Origin: Mobula hypostoma
Lineage: Eukaryota
Direction: 5' to 3'
DNA length: 64,000 bases
Assembly: GCF_963921235.1 (NCBI RefSeq)
Contig: NC_086097.1
Location: 121,088,001 to 121,152,000, forward strand
Shown: positions 49,400 to 63,781 of the stretch, in pieces
Layout of the letters: every line of letters begins with the position of its first letter
How positions within the stretch are numbered: position 1 is the first letter of the stretch
The notes under the pieces: model-generated
Databases searched by the model: none
Seen by the model: the letters and a program-made list of their open reading frames with translations, nothing else
Told to the model about the DNA's origin: nothing
Made by a program: the position numbers and the translations under genes

Positions 49400-50122
49400 T
49401 AGGAGCCACACTCACGTCCCCACCTACATCAACGGAGCTGTAGTGGAGCAGGAATCAAGCTTCAAATTCCTTGGTGTCCACAGTTCCAAGGATCTCACCT
49501 GATCCCTGAACTCCTCCATCCTGATCAACAAGGCGCAACAGTGCCTTTATTTCCTGTGGAGCATCAAGAAAGCTCACCTCTGTCCCAGAACACTGACGAA
49601 CATTTACCGCTGTACAATTGAGAGCATACTCACCAACTGCATCTCAGTGTGGTATGGCAATTGTCCCGTATCGGACCGCAGAGCACTCCAGCATGTGGTG
49701 AAAACTGCCCAGCGAATTATCAGCACCCAATTGCCCACCATTGAGGACATCTACCATAAACGCTGCCTGGGCAGGGCGAAAAGCATTATCAAGGATTCAT
49801 CTCACCTTAACCATGGACTTTTTACTCTCCTCCCATCTGGTAGGAGCTACAGGAGCCTCCACTCCCACACCAGCAGGCACAGGAAGAGCTTCTTCCTTGA
49901 GGCTCTGACCCGACTGAACCTCACATCACAACGCTAAGCAGTATTGCCCCATATTGTACTGTCTCAGTACTTTTATATTTGTGTGCTGTAGCACTTACTT
50001 TTTATTCACAGTTATTTTGTAAATAACACTCTTCTTTGCATTTCTGGTCAAATGCTAACTGCAATTCATTGGTTTTATATCTGTACTCAGCACAATGACA
50101 GTAAAGTTGAATCCAATCTAAT
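49400..50122 (+). mobile_element. Rex1/Babar LINE 3' fragment
   Basis: VEQESSFKFLGVH, WYGNC..RRALQHVVKTAQRII, HGLFTLLPSGRSYRSL. Confidence 0.85.
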
Positions 50123-50185
50123 AAGTAGCACTGCTCAGTTTAGCTGATCCGGGTCTGGATTTACATACTCTGCTGAATGCCCATT

Positions 50186-50655
50186 CACTCAGTCGGCCAC
50201 CAGTACACCTGCTCAGTAACACAATCATCTAATCAGTTAATTATGTGGTAGCAAGTCATTGCATGTAAACGTGCAGATATGATTGAGAGGTTCAGTTGTT
50301 GTTCAGACCAAACATCAGAATGGGGAAGAAATATGATCTGAGAGACTTTAACTGTGGAATGTTTGTTGGTGCCAGACATGCTGGTTTGAATATCTCAGAA
50401 ACTGCTGGTCTCCTGGAATTTTTACACATAACAGTCTGTAGAGATTACAGGGAATGGTGCAAAAAACCAAAAAATCTGGTAAACAGCAGTTCTGTGAGCG
50501 AAAACTGTCAGAGAATGGTCAGTTTGGTTCTAGCTGACTGGAATGGGACAGTAACTCAAAGAACCGCATGTTACAACAGTGGTGTGCAGAACAGCATCTC
50601 TGAATGCAGCAGATGATGAACGTACACTCACGCAAATCTGGCTACTTTATAGGTT
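50186..50655 (+). mobile_element. Internally deleted Tc1-like element
   Basis: MGKKYDLRDFNCGMFVGARHAGLNISETAGLL; same family as 23546. Confidence 0.75.
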
Positions 50656-51199
50656 AATTATTATCACTGGAATTTGCTGTTATCTCTACTCTGGTATAAG
50701 AAAACCATGACTTCCAAAGAGCCTTTAGATTGCAAAAGCATCAAGATCCAACATCATCATACATTAACAACTCCAGTGAATAGGTTACATTGTTTACATG
50801 CCAAATATCCAACTCCAGAAACAAACATATTAGGAATGATTTTCCATGAAAGCAAAGAGAGGTCTTCATTGCTGTTAAAGTTTCCTATAAAAATTGCAAC
50901 ATCCAAGCCAGTTTATGGGAATCTCTGGCCTCTTACTATCCATAATGGGAGATCAACAATTACTAAAGGCATAAAGAGTCTTCCTTGGGAGTATGGAAGG
51001 CCAGGCACAAAGTACAGAAGCCCAAAGCCTCCCAAACTACATGACTATCCAATCCACATGGCAAAATATGTGAATGAAATACAAGACTCTCCTGGTACCT
51101 CAGGACCATAAGCACTGGAGTGGAGGAAGTCACTTTTAACCCTGATGGGCTGACTCATAGTCCTGTGAAGAATATTCTTATTGCTTTCTAAGTATATAG

Positions 51200-51622
51200 G
51201 CGAAACCCTCCCAGTATTGATCACATCTATAACGAGCACTGCCATTAAGAAAGAAGCATGCATCATCAAGGACCCTGACTAACCAGGCCATGCACTCTTT
51301 TCACCACTACCATCAAGTCGGAGGTACAGGAGCCTTAACGATTATTACCCTACAACCATCAGACCCCTGAACCAGCATGAATAACTTCTCTCATCTCAAC
51401 TCTGAACTGATTCCACAACCTACAGACTCACTTTCAAGGACTTGACACTTCATGTTCTCAGTATTAGTTTTTTTAATCTTCACAATTTGTCTTCTTTTGC
51501 ACGTTGCTGGTTTGTCAGTCTTTGTGTATAGTTTTTCATAAATTCTATTGTATTTCTTTATTTTCCTGTAAAGATACTAGGTGATGACATATACGTACTT
51601 GGATAGTAAATTTTCTTTAACT
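51200..51622 (+). mobile_element. Rex1/Babar 3' fragment
   Basis: Colinear with 4215-4680 and 13200-13635. Confidence 0.7.
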
Positions 51623-52744
51623 TCCGTATACTTTCCAACATGCAGACAAAATCAATTTATGTACATCTGTAAATATGGAACCTGTTCATTACTATGGGTG
51701 GCTTGTATTTTTTTTAAATATATGGACCAACAACAATAGCACGCGATAATATAATCACCTTACTTATACATATTTACATTCGCCTATACACCATAAGAAA
51801 ATGGCAGGAAGCAGTGGGCTATGACTATCAGATGACTAAAATTAGTTCAACTACAGCCATAACAAGACAAAGTCAAGGACATTGTTAAGAGCATCACCCA
51901 ATATATATTGTTTGAGAAATATTGAGGTTTCACTATGACTTACCAAAAAGCACCAAATTTTTACTTTTGATAAACTGCTCCACAGTGTAAATGACCCAGA
52001 GTTGTTATGTTAAAAAAAACAGAAAATTCCAAAGATTCTTCACCTTTAGGAAGAAGTAATACCTGCATACTTTGTAAATGACTACACCCTTATCAGTGGA
52101 GGCATCAAAAATATTGAAAACTTTGTTCCAGTGCTAATATAATTTCTGCTTTTCCAAATTAAATTTCTTGGAAAACGGGAAGGAAATATAAATCTGATCA
52201 GACATAAAAAAGGAACTGACTAATGCTTGGTTTCCCTTCATATGACCGCTATCTTTTTATATCGACCTATAACTACACAGTGGGTAGCTTTGGAATATTG
52301 TAAAGTGATTCAATGACTAATATGAATTACTTGAAGACAAGATTATTCCAATGGACTCAACAAGGTTTCCCTTTTCTATTATATTAATTAATGCATGCCA
52401 GCACTTCAAACAGAACCTCAGCAAGTACATCTCAAATTGAAACTTGCAAGATAAATTGGCTACAACTAACTAACAGCATTTAACAGATTTAACACTGAAT
52501 CCTGCTATACAGAATACTGAAACACAGCATACATCATATCTCAGTTTCTCATCTTCACCCTCCTGTATTCAGTTTGTTAACTATGCTCTACTTTGAAATT
52601 GTCAACACTTTTAAAGAAAACAATTACTTTGATTAATTCAAATTGGGCAAGATACTTATAAAAATTGATACAGATTTATTAGAACAAACACTTCCAAAGA
52701 TTCAGTAACACAAGAAAGCCCCCGACAAAATAAATTACCATATA

Positions 52745-54393
52745 CAGTGGATTCCGGTTAATTAGGACACATCGAGACCAGTACATTTTGGCCCCATTAT
52801 GCAACTGCCCATTTAGCCAAAGTTTCATGGAAACAGATAAAATGGTATAAAAAAGACAAACTAAAGGTTTAAACATTTATTTATTACCAAAGTATGTACG
52901 CAGTATACAACTCTAAGATTTGTCTTCTCCAGATAGCCATGAAACACAGGAAACCACAGATGTTGTTCAAAGAAAATGATCACAGCACAAAAAAAGGGCA
53001 GTAAGAACATCAACCCCCCAAGCCGCCATCCCCAGCACAAAAAACTAACAAAATGCAACACAAATATCCACCCCCAAAACCCCTGCCCCTCACACAAAAA
53101 ACCACCAAAACTGCACCACACAGCAATGAGAAAGAATGGGCGAATATAAAATCATAAGACTGAAAAAGTCCATAGTCCAATCCATAAATGCAGAACCTCG
53201 GTAACATCCCCTGACAACAGACAGAGAGAGACCACTTGAGCACAGAGGCCTACCCTCCAGCAACAGCAAGCAATAGACCGCCACACAGTCTCCTTCTCCG
53301 GCAGCACAGAGATCTGTCTCATCGCGACCAAAAGGCAGACAGTCGTCACTGAACCCTCGCTCGCCTTCCACACTCACCTTGATGCTTCAATTTTCGATGC
53401 TTTACTTGGCAATTAATGGATTGTTTAATCGGCAAAATGGAGTCTCAAAGCTTCATCGCCTCGAGGCCACTCAAGCTTGCGCTTGCTTCATTGAAGCTTC
53501 TTGGAGACAGCAAAGCACTAGATCACTCAGTTGATCTCCGAACTGTATATTGCAGGTCTTACAACTCCATAAACACATTTAAGATGACAAGCAGACATAA
53601 AAGAAGTGAAATAAGCAGTTTTTGGGACTATCTGGAAGATGTTGACCAAGGAAGCATTGTACACTTGAGTCATCGTGACTGGATTCAACTACTCTGACAA
53701 ATTGTGTATTTAAATGAAATACAGAACAAATTACAAAACTACCAATATTGCTACTACAGTCTTATAGAACTGTCTATTGGTTCCTTATAGTAACCGATGG
53801 AAGAATTCAACTAGTATACACTGCCGTGTCCTCCTGTAAACGAACAAAATCAACGCGCACACTGAGTGTAGATAATGGACTACCTTCATACAATCCTATC
53901 AACAACTGCATCTTCTAAATCTTAATTTTCATTCTAACATTCAAACGATTGTCGATATTTTCAAATTCTTTGTAGTTCCTAACTTGCTGAAGCAGTGAAA
54001 TAGTTTCATTTTCACTCCTGGCTGTTTCTGGCATCTCCAAGCCTGTATGCTTGAAACCGCAGTGAGCAAGACAGTTCTGAATTGTCTAACTGATTATTTC
54101 TCACCAACTATCAGTGATAAAATCACAGCTTTTTGAACACAAACACATGCAGCTGATGCTATTTAAAAACTGTTTGCTCTAAGCACGGTATAGTGTCTAA
54201 CAGCCACGCAAGTGCCTGCGACTGATGCTAATTCAAAACTGTCCAGCAACAGTCTCCTGACCCAATTAAGTGGCATAGTGTCCCAAATAAACAAGGGAAT
54301 CCCGGCAAATTTCTTGATTAGTTTTTGTTCTTTAAGATTTGTCCCAAGTGGCTGCTCCGATTAACCTATGGCCCAATTAACCAGAATCCACTG
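52745..54393. mobile_element. pogo/Tigger-like non-autonomous DNA element with a nested retroposon (about 52865-53690, minus)
   Basis: TA|cagtggattccggttaattagg ... cccaattaaccagaatccactg|TA. Confidence 0.8.
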
Positions 54394-54635
54394 TACATTG
54401 AAATATGTTGTAAATAACAGTAGTATGATCACTTCAGTATGATGTTCTCCTAAAGGGTTATCTAATGTTGAGTCCTCAGGTGGCTCCATAGGCCATTCCA
54501 GGATCCACATATTTGGTGCTTTTTTGTGGGCATAGTAGGGTAATAAAAGAAGTCATGAAAAATGCATGACTGATTTGCTTCTCCACATATCTTTTTTTAT
54601 GAAGCCCCAAAAGATAATTTAAAAAATTAACATTA

Positions 54636-55812
54636 TCCAGCACATCATTCTCTGCAAAGTCTTCCACCTTCAATGCGATCCTACCACCAAACACATCTTT
54701 ACCTCACTCCCATTCTCTGCTTTCCACAGGGATGACTCTCTCCACAACTCCCTTGGCCATTCATCCCTCCTCACTAACCTGGAACTCATCCTTGCAAGCA
54801 GAAGTGCTACACCTGCCTACTCACCTCCATTCAGGCCCCCAAACAGTCCTTCCAGGTGAGGAAACATTTCACCTGCAAATCTCTTGGGGTCCTATACTGT
54901 ATCTGACGCTCCTGATACAGCCTCTGCTACTTTGATGACATTGGTTAAGGTGTTGGTCTAGTGATCTGAAGGTCGCCAGTTTGAGCCTCAGCTGAGGCAG
55001 CGTCTTGTGTCCTTGAGCAAGGCACTTAACCACACATTGCTCTACGACGACACCGATGCCAAGTTGTATCGGCCGTAGTGCCCTTCCCTTGGACAGCATC
55101 GGTGGCGTGGAGAGGGGAGACTTGCAGCATGGGCAACTGCTGGTCTTCCATACAACCTTGCCCAGGCCTGCACCTTCCAAGGCGCAAATCCATGGTCTCA
55201 CGAGACTAACCGATGCAGACTGTTGAGCACCTTCAATCCCTCTGCAACGAGCAGGATTTTCTGATGGCCAAACATTATAATTCAACTCCACACTCCCATC
55301 CCAACAGGTTGGTTCATGGCTTCCTCTATAGCCACGATGAGGCCACGCATAGGAGAGACAACACCTGATATTACGTTTGGGGAACCTCCAACCTGATGGC
55401 ATGAACAATGACTTCTCTCATTTCCGGTAATTTCTCACCCTCCCCCCTTCTTCCATTCCCCACTCTGGCTCCCCTCTTACCTCTTCTCACCTATCACCTC
55501 CCCCAAGTGTCCCACTTCCTTCCCTTTCTCTCATGTCCACTCTCCTCTCCTAACAGATTCCTTATTCTTCTTCCTCACTCCTATACCTTTTCCACTTATC
55601 ACCTCCCACATCATTCCCCCTCCCCCATCCACTAGGCTCCACCTATCACCTGCTAGCTTGTACTCTTTCCCCTCCACTCACTTACTTATTCTGACTTCTT
55701 CCCCCTTCCTTTCCAGTCCTAATGAATTGTCTCAGCCGAAAATGACGATTGTTTATTCTCTTCCATAGATGTTACCTGACCTGCTGAGTTCCTTCACCAT
55801 TTTGCTTGTTAT
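54636..55812 (+). mobile_element. Older Penelope-like element (tail continues at 63787-63803)
   Basis: Colinear with 41940-42915; 9-bp direct repeat ttaacatta at 54627-54635 / 63804-63812. Confidence 0.75.
54938..55216 (+). mobile_element. tRNA-derived SINE with a CORE-like domain, inserted in the GIY-YIG coding region
   Basis: tggttaagg...cagtttgagcc head and tgtgtccttgagcaaggcacttaacc core. Confidence 0.65.
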
Positions 55813-58800
55813 ACAACCATATAACAATTACAGCACGGAAACAGGCCATGACGGCCCTTCTAGTCCATGCCGAACGTTTACTCTCACCTAGTCCCACCAA
55901 CCTGCACTCAGCCCATAACCCTCCATTCCTTTCCTGTCCATATAGCTGTCCAATTTAACATTAAATGACAATATCAAACCTGTCACAATCACTTCTGCTG
56001 GAAGCTCATTCCACACAGCTACTACTCTCTGAGTAAAGAAGTTACCCCTCATGTTACCCCTAAACTTTTGCCCTTTAAGTCTCAGCTCATGTCCTCTTGT
56101 TTGATTCTCCCCTACTCTCAATGGAAAAAACCTATCCACGTCAACTCTATCCCACTCAAAATTTTAAATACCTCTATCAAGTCCCCCCTCAACCTTCTAT
56201 GCTCCAAAGAAATAAAGACCCAACTTGTTCAACCTTTCTCTGTAACTTAGGTGATGAAACCCAGGTAACATTCTAGTAAATCTTCTCTGTACTCTCTCTA
56301 TTTTGTTGACATCTTTCCTATAATTCAGTAACCAGAATGGTACACAATACTCCAAATTTGGCCTTACCAATGCCTTGTACAATTTCAACATTACATCCAA
56401 ACTCCTATACTCAATGCTCTGATTAATAAAGGCCAGCATACCAAAAGCTTTCTTCACCACCCAATCCAAATGAGTTTCCACCTTCAGGGAACTATGCACC
56501 ATTATTCCTAGATCCCTCTGTTCTACTGCATTCTTCAATGCCCTACCATTTACCATGTATGTCCTATTTTGATTAGTCCTACCAAAATGTAGCACCTCAC
56601 ATTTATTCAGCATTAAACTCCATCTGCCATCTTTCAGCCCACTCTTCTAACTGGCCTAAATCTCTCTGCAAGCTTTAAAAATCTACTTCATTATCCACAA
56701 CTCCACCTATCTTAGTATCATCTGCATACTTACTAATCCAATTTACCACCCCATCATCCAGATCATTAATGTATATGACAAACAACATTGGACCCAGTAC
56801 AGATAACTGAGGCACACCACTAATCACTGGCCTCCAATATGACAAACAGTTATCCCACCACTACTCTCTGGCGTCTCCCATCCAGCCACTGCTGAATCCA
56901 TTTTACTACTTCAATATTAATACCTAACGATTGAACCTTCCTAACTAACCTTCCGTGTGGAACCTTGTCAAAGGCCTTACTGAAGTTCATATAGACAACA
57001 TCCACCACTTTACACTCGACAACTTTCCTAGTAAACTCTTCAAAAAATTCAATAAGGTTTGTCAAACATGACCTTCCATGCACAAATCGATGTTGACTGT
57101 TCCCAATCAGACCCCGTCTATCCAGATAATTATATGTATTATCTAAAAGAATAACTTCCATCAATTTACCCACCACTGACATCAAACTCACTGGCCGATA
57201 ATTGCTAGGTTTACTCTTAGATCCCTTTTTAAACGATGGAACAACATGAGCAATACACCAATCCTCCGGCACCATCGCCGTTTCTAATGACATTTGAAAT
57301 ATTTCTGTCAGAGCCCCTGCTGTTTCTACACTAACTTCCCTCAAGGTCCTAGGGAATATCCTGTCAGGACCCAGAGACTTATCCACTTTTATATTCCCTA
57401 AAAGCGCCAGTACTTCCTCTTCTTTAACCATCATAATTTCCATAACTTACCTACCTGCTTCCCTTACCTTAGACAATTCAATATCCTCCTCCTTAGTGAA
57501 TACCGAAGAAAAGAAATTGTTCAGAATCTCCCCCATCTCTTTTGGCTCCACACATAGCTGTCCACTCTGATTCTCTAAGGGACCAATTTTATCCCTCACT
57601 ATCCTTTTGCTATTAATATAACTGTAGAAACCCTTTGGATTTATTTTCACCTAACTTGCCAAGGCAACCTCATATCTTCTTTTAGCTTTTCTAATTTCTT
57701 TCTTAAGATTCTCTTTACATTCTTTATATTCCTCGAGCACCTCGTTAACTCCATGCTGCCTATATTTATTGTAGATATCTTTCTTTTTCTGAACCAAGTT
57801 TCCAATATCCCTTGAAAATCATGGCTCTCTCAAACTTTTAACATTTCCTTTCAACCTAACAGGAATATGAAGATTCTGTATCCTCAAAATTTCACCTTTA
57901 AATGACCTCCATTTCTCTATTACATCCTTCCCATAAAACAAATTGTCCCAATCCACTCCTTCTAAATCCGTTCGTATCTCCTTAAAGTTAGCCTTTCTCC
58001 AATCAAAAATCTCAACTCTGGGTCCAGACCTATCTTTCTCCATAACTATATTGAAACTAATGACACTGTGATCACTGGACCCGAAGTGCTCCCCAACCCA
58101 TACCTCGGTCACTTGACCTATCTCATTCCCTAACAGGAGATCTAACACTGCCCCTTCTCCAGTTGGTACCTCTAGTTGGTAGTTTCTGTTGTTGCAAAAA
58201 ACTATCCTGCACAGATGTTACAAACTCCAAACCATCCAGCCCTTTTACAGTATGGGCTTCCCAATCTAAGAGTGGAAAATTAAAATCTCCCACAATCACA
58301 ACCTTGTGCTTACTACAAATATCTGCTATCTCCTTACAAATTTACTCCTCCAATCCTCGCTCCCCATTTGGTGGTCTATAATACATCCCAGTAAGTGTAA
58401 CTACACCTTTCCCATTCCTCAATTCCACCCAAATAGCCTCCCTAGATGAGCCCTCTAATCTATCCTGCCAGAGCACTGCTGTAATATTTTCTCTGATAAG
58501 CAATGCAACACCTCTCCCTCTTGTCCCTCTGATTCTATCACACCTGAAGCAATGAAATCCGGGAATATTTAGTTGCCAATCACACCCCTCCTGTAACCAT
58601 GTTTCACTAATAGCTGCAACATCATACTTCCAGGTATCAATCCATGCTTTAAGCTCATCCACCTTTCTTATAATGCTCCTAGCATTAAAATAAATGCACT
58701 TAAGAAATTTTCCACCTCTTACTCTCTGTTTATCACTAACGGTGCAAACAACTTTACTATTTTCTTTTTCTTCCTTCTCCCCTACATCTGTTCCGACACT

Positions 58801-61800
58801 CTGGTTCCCCTCCCCCCTTGTATCCAGTTTAAATCCACTGGAGCCTCTCTAGCAAACCTACCTGCAAGAATATTTGTCCCCCTCGAGTTCATATGTAAAC
58901 TGTCCTGCCGGAACAGGTCCCACGTTCCCTGGAAAACTGCCCAATTATCTATAAATCTGAAGCCCTCCCTCCTGCACTATGTCTTCAGACACATATGGAT
59001 CTGCGCTATCTTACTATTTCTAAACCCGCCCGCACATGGCACTGGTAGCAATCCTGAGATTACTATCCTGGAGGTCCTATCCTTTAACTTGGCGCCTAAC
59101 TCCGTAAACTCGCCTTTCAGGACTTCCTCACTCTTCCTCCCCATGTCATTGGTCCCTACATGGACCACGACATCCGGCTGCTCACCTTCCCTCTTGAGAA
59201 TACTGAGAACTCGATCCGAGATATCGCAGACCTTGGCACCAGGGAAGCAACAGACCATCCAAGATTCTCAATCTCGTCCACGAAACCTCTTATCTGTCCC
59301 CCTAACTATCGAATTCCCTATCACTACTGGTCTCCTCTTTTCCCTCCTTCCCTTCTGAGCTGAGGGTCCTGTCTCGATGCCAGAGACGCAACCACTGCAA
59401 CTTGTCCCTGGTAGGTCATCCCCATCAACAGTATCCAAACTGATATAAGACCATAAGACAAAAGAGCAAAGTCAGCCATTCGGCCCATCAAGTTTACTCC
59501 GCCATTTTATCATGAGCTGATCCATTCTCCCATTTAGTCCCAATCCCCCCGCCTTCTCACCATAACCTTTGATGCCCTGGCTACTCAGATACCTATCAAT
59601 CTCTGCCTTAAATACACCCAATGACTTGGCCTCCACTGCCACCCGTGGCAACAAATTCTATAGATTCACCACCCTCTGGGTAAAAAAATTTCTTCGCATC
59701 TCTGTTCTGAATGGGCACCCTTCAATCCTTAAGTCATGCCCTCTCGTACTAGAATCCCCCATCATGGGAAACAACTTTGCCACATCCACTCTGTCCATGC
59801 CTTTCAACATTCCAAATGTTTCTATGAGGTCTCCACTCATTCTTCTAAACTCCAAGGAATACAGTCCAAGAGCGGACAAACGTTCCTCATATGTTAACCC
59901 TCTCATTCCCGGAATCATTCTAGTGAATCTTCTCTGTACCCTCTCCAACGTCAGCACATCCTTTCTTAAATAAGGAGACTAAAACTGCCCACAGTACTCC
60001 AAGTGAGGTCTCACCAGTGCCTTATAAAGCCTCAACATCACATCCCTGCTCCTATACTCTATTCCTCTAGAAATGAATGCCAACATTGCATTCCCCTTCT
60101 TCACCAGCGACTCAACCTGGAGGTTAACCTTAAGGGTATCCTGTACGAGGACTCCCAAGTCCCATTGCATCTCAGAACTTTGAATTCTCTCCCTATTTAA
60201 ATAATAGTCTGCCCATTTATTTCTTCTGACAAAGTGCAGAACCATACACTTTCTAACATTGTATTTCATTTGCCACTTCTTTGCCCATTCTTCCAATCTA
60301 TCCAGATCTCTCTACAGACTCTCTGTTTCCTCAGCACTACCGGCCCCTCCACCTATCTTCATATCGTCAGCAAACTTAGCCATAAAGCCATCTATTCCAT
60401 AATCTAAATCGCTGATGTACAATGTAAAAAGAAGCAGCCCCAACACAGCCCCTTGTGGAATACCACTGGTAACCGGCAGCCAACCAGAATAGGATCTCTT
60501 TATTCCCACTCTCTCTTTCCTGCCAATCAGCCAATGCTCTATCCACGTATGTAACTTTCCCGTAGTTCCATGAGCTCTTATTTTGTTAAGTAGCCTCATG
60601 TGTGGCACCTTGTCAAAGGCCTTCTGAAAATCCAAATTTTCAAAATCCACTGCCTAGCCTACTTGTAATTTCCTCAAAAAACTGTAATAGGTTTGTCAGG
60701 CAGGATTTTCCTTTAAGGAATCCATGCTGAGTTCTGCCTATCTTGTCATATGCCTCCAGGTACTCTGTAACCTCATCCTTGACAATCGACTCCAACAACT
60801 TCCCAACCACCGATGTCAAGCTAACAGGTCTATAATTTCCTTTTTGCTTCCTTGCCCCCTTCTTAAATAGCAGAGTGACATTTGCAATCTTCCAGTCCTC
60901 CGGAACCATCGACTTTTGAAAGATCATCGCTAATGCCTCCACAATCTCCACAACTACTTCCTTCAGAACACGAGGGTGCATTCCATCTGGTCCGGGAGAT
61001 TTATCTACCTTTAGACTATTCAGTTTCCTGAGTACTTTCTCTGTCATAATTGTGACCGCACACACTTCTCTTCCCTGCCACCCTTGAGTGTCCGGTATAC
61101 CGCTGATGTCTTCCTTAGTGAAGACTGATGCAAAATACTCGTTCAGTTCCTCCGCCATCTCCTTACCTCCCATTGCAATTTCTCCAGCATCAGTTTCTAT
61201 TGGTCCTTTATCTACTCTCATCTGTCTTTTACTCTTTATATACTTGAAAAAGCTTTTAGTATCTTATTCGATATTATTTGCTAGCTTCCTTTCATAGTTC
61301 AACTTATCCCTCTTAATGACCTTCTTAGTTTCCTTTTGTAAGCTTTTAAAAACTTCCCAATCCTCTGTCTTCTCACTAATTTTTGCTTCCTTGTATGCCC
61401 TCTCCTTTGCTTTAACTTTGGCTTTGACTTCTCTTGTCAGCCACGGTTGCATCCTTTTTCCATTCGAAAATTTCTTCTTTTTTGGAATATACCTGTCTTG
61501 CACCGTCTTCACTTCTCGCATAGACTCCAGCCGCTGCTGCTCTGCTGTCCTTCCCGCCAGTGTCCCTTTCCAGTCAACTTTGGCCAGTTCCTCTCTCATG
61601 CCACTGTAATTTCCTTTACTCCACTGAAATACCGACACATCAGATTTCGGCGTATCTTTTTCAAATTTCACAGTGAACTCAATCATGTTATGATCACTGC
61701 CTCCTAAGGGTTCCTTCACCTCAATCTCTCTAATCACCTCCGTTTCATTACACAATACCCAATCCAGTACAGCCGATCCCCTAGTGGGCTCAACAACAAG

Positions 61801-63781
61801 CTGTTCTAAAAAGCCATCTTGCAGACATTCTACAAATTCTCTCTCTTGAGATCCAGTGCCGACCTGAATTTCCCAATCCACTCGCATGTTAAAATCTCCC
61901 ACAATTATCATAACACTGCCTTTCTGACAAGCCTTTTCTATTTCCTGTTGTAATTTGTAGTCCACATCACTGCAGCTGTTTGGAGGCCTATATATATAAC
62001 TGCCATCAGGGTCCTTTTACCCCTGCGATTTCTCAGCTCAACCCATAAAGATTCTGCACCTTCTGATCCTATATCACTTCTTTCTAACGATTTAATATCA
62101 TTTCTTCCCAATAAAGCTACGCCTCCCCCTCTGCCCACCTTCCTATCCTTCCGATACACCGTGTATCCTTGGACGTTCAGCTCCCAGAGACATGCATCCT
62201 TTAGCCACGTCTCAGTGATGGCCACAATATCATACCTGCCAATCTGTAGCTGTACGACAAGATCATCCACCTTATTCCTTACGCTGCGTGCATTTGAGTA
62301 TAACACCTTAAGACCAGTATTAGGTACTGTTCACTTTGATTTCACTGCAACTTCATTGCACTGCAACTCATCCCAATGGCTGCAAATTTGCCCCACCACC
62401 TGCCTGTCTTTCCTGACATCTTTACTGCTCACTATCTTAGATTTAATTCTGTTTTCCCCTTCCTCTGCTCTATCATTCCGGTTCCCATCCCCCTGCCAAA
62501 ATAGTTTAAACCCTCCCTAACAGCTCTATTAAACCTTCCCGCCTCCCAGAAGAGATCCCAATGATCCAGGAATCTGAAGCCCTGCCCCTGCACCAGTCTC
62601 TCAGCCATGCATTCATCTGCCTGATCCTACCATTCTTGCCCTCGCTAGCACGTGGCACAGGTAGCAATCCCGAGATTACTGCCCTGGACGTCCTGCTTCT
62701 CAGCTTCCTTCCTAACTCCTGGAAATCTCTCTTCAGGACTTCCTCCCTTGTCCTATCTATGTCATTGGTACCAACATGTACCAAGACAACTGGCTGCTCA
62801 CCCTTCCCCTTCAGAACATTCAGGACCTGATCCGAGACATCCCGTACCTTGGCATCTGGGAGGCAACACACCATGCGGGTATCTCTATCAGGCTCACAGA
62901 ATCTCCTGTTTGTTCCCCTGACTATGAAATCCCCTATAACTACCGCATTCCTCTTCTCCCTCCTTCACAACAGTGTCACGTTCAGTGCCAGAGACCCGGT
63001 CACCGTGGGTGTCCCCTGTCAGGTCATCCCCCTCAACAGCATCCAGAACAAGATACCTGTTGCTGAGCGGGACAGCCACAGGTGTGCTCTCCACTATCCG
63101 GGTAGTTTCCTTCTCTCTCCTGACAGTCACCTAATTTTCTGACCCCTGTAGCCTAGGGATGACTACCTGCCTGTTGCTCCTGTCTATCACCTCTTCCCAC
63201 CGATAATAATATACTTATTGTTGGTGGGAACAGCCACAGGGGTGCTCTGCTCATTGCGTCTATTCCCCTCCCCTCTCTTGACAGTCACCCAGCTACCTGT
63301 CTCCTGACTCTTAGGGGTGACTATCTCCCTGTAACTCCTCTCTATTTCTGCCTCTGCCTCCTGAATGATCCGAAGTTCATCCAGCTCCAGCTCCAGTTCC
63401 CTAACTCGGTTTGTCAGGAGCTGTAGCTGGATGCACCTTTCACAGGTGTAGTTATCAGAGACAATTGTGCTGGCCCTGACTTCCCACATACTGCAAACAG
63501 AGCACTTGACTGCCCTAACTGATGCCTCCATTACCTACTCCTAAGGTAATTAAATTAATTTAAGGAACTTACCTGGTCTTACCTCACTTGGAGTGAAGCC
63601 AGTCCTCAGCCTCTGCTCACTGAAGTCTCTCAAGCCAAAGCCTTCCTACTCTGTCTCCCTCTGCTCCATTGTCCACTACAATATCACCCACTCCGTTAAC
63701 CTGCTCGCTTTTTAAATCTCTCGCTGCCTCACGGTTCAACTTCCATGTGCTTGCGCAGTCGTGCCCCGTTCAACTGCCAAA
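55813..63781 (-). mobile_element. Full-length CR1 (copy A: 63781-63209 + 59447-55813) interrupted by copy B
   Basis: 5' UTR, ORF1 ATG at 63531 (CSVC..CERC), esterase VVHVGTNDM, ORF2 AISETWL / SDHSVI / YRPVSL / FSKAFDKVPH; ORF1 reads NNKYI|SLDTVDGDDL once copy B is removed. Confidence 0.9.
59448..63208 (-). mobile_element. CR1 copy B, 5'-truncated within ORF1, nested in ORF1 of copy A
   Basis: Tail tcttatggtcttat; ORF2 pieces LYSNARS..VAITETWL, VGDFN, GSDHN, KSPGPDGMHP, FADDMK; candidate TSD atata (59443-59447 / 63209-63213). Confidence 0.9.

Noticed and set aside
50674..51111. 145-aa ORF in non-repeat DNA
   Set aside because: TTG start, no recognisable motif and no supporting splice structure; compatible with chance.
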